Made by a program: the position numbers and the translations under genes
The notes under the pieces: generated by a model
What the model was told of the DNA's origin: nothing
The model's database searches: none
What the model saw: only the letters and a program-made list of their open reading frames with translations
Origin: Chromera velia
Lineage: Eukaryota
Length of the DNA stretch: 49,899 nt
Direction: 5' to 3'
NCBI GenBank assembly: GCA_018398765.1
Contig: JAHBMJ010000327.1
Location: 1-49,899, forward strand
Part shown: positions 48,822 to 49,899 of the stretch, in pieces
Numbering within the stretch: position 1 is the stretch's first letter
How the letters are laid out: every line of letters starts with the position of its first letter

Positions 48822-49899
48822 CGATGACCACGTGGTTTCTCTTTTGAAGAGGGGAGTTGGAATGAGGGTGACTCCATATGAATGCATGCAAACACCTGCC
48901 TGTCTGCAGGTACCCAACCCTCCAGGTTGTCAGTCTTCTGGTTGACTGGCAGCTGATAACTAACAGCCGATCAGGTATATAAATATTTATACCCAGGGAA
49001 AGCGAATGCCACAAAAAAAGACTGCCGTCCATGATCAAACTTAAGGTAAAAAAAGACCCAACTTTTTTAGACATTCATATTTTTTACATAAAGTTATACA
49101 AAGTTCGTTTATTAGTGAGAATTGCCAAATTAAGTGCATCTCTCAGAAGACAGTTGGGGAAGACCTTCAAAGCTTTGTGTTTGAATGCACCTGGAAAGGA
49201 ATATTCGCATTCTGGTTCTTTTGATTTGCTTGTCTTTCTCTTGCATGCGAGAAGATCTTTGCTGGCCGTTTCTCCCTGTTTTTCTGCCTTGCTTTTCCCC
49301 TTTTTATACACAACCTCCCTCCCTCCTCGTGAAGGACTTCTCTTTTTTGTGTTTTGTCAGACCATCCCCTTTTTTCCCCCTTTGCAGAACCTGGACACAA
49401 GGGAGATTCTTTTTCTTTGCGGTGAGTCCTTCTATTTTTTAGTCGAAACGACTGTGCATGGGTTTGAAGGACAGAGCAGGAGGCGGGTAGACGCCTCTGG
49501 GAGAAAGTGAATGGATGATTATAAGAGAAGGAAAGGGCAAGAGGGGACGTTTCCTTTTTTTTTTATGTATTTTACTCATTCCATCCGTGGCCTACCTGGC
49601 ATAACCAGATTTTTTCTCCTTCAAAATTTGGCATCTGCTTAGGAATTCTCACTAATAAATGAACTCTTTTTATATGTATCCCGATGGAAGGGGTCTTCAG
49701 CTCCCTGTCGAGGGAGGCACAGATGGCAGGGGTGGGGGGACTGAAGTATCCAGAATACAATAGGAAGGTGTCTCTAAAGGTGAGGCACATCGCACAGGAC
49801 TACCTTACCGGTGTCCGAGCAACGGACCAGACGTTCGTGGCTGCTGGGGGGGATCACGCGTGTGCAGCCGAGGTGTGTGTACTCCTGACGGAGTTAGCG

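Noticed and set aside
1..49899. tRNA, rRNA, reverse transcriptase or integrase genes
   Set aside because: No recognisable motifs seen by eye. Covariance-model and HMM scans would be needed to exclude them formally.

Overview
This is eukaryotic nuclear DNA, most likely from a chromerid alga such as Chromera velia. That assignment is an inference from GT-AG introns, an ILP1/G2-like alveolate cortical protein, a RAP-domain repeat protein, an RNI-type LRR gene and a bipartite plastid presequence. Spliced models read by hand: the 3' end of a hypothetical gene (85-1534 +); an ILP1/G2-like myristoylated coiled-coil protein (2767-5524 +); a Pro/Gln- and Asp/Arg-rich protein (9827-11763 -); a RAP-domain gene with a TAG at a conserved Trp (12465-15042 +); a ~2900-aa disordered protein (16117-25702 +); an LRR pseudogene with four in-frame stops (~28704-33281 +); a probably plastid-targeted omega/lambda-like GST (37328-39285 -); and a MAPK-like pseudokinase (39805-41959 +). 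Between the genes lie AT-rich, TAG/CTA-rich islands. These hold a 1.68-kb long-TIR element with a CMC/Plavaka-like transposase remnant, a foldback element, and a 590-bp MITE with an 8-bp TSD. The main hunt result is that duplicated and inverted sequences differ mostly by C>T/G>A transitions, often CpA/TpG>TpA. The premature stops in the multigene-family members and the transposase are all consistent with the same change. Together this suggests a repeat-targeted, RIP-like hypermutation process in a non-fungal eukaryote. All alignments and counts were done by eye; no database searches were run.
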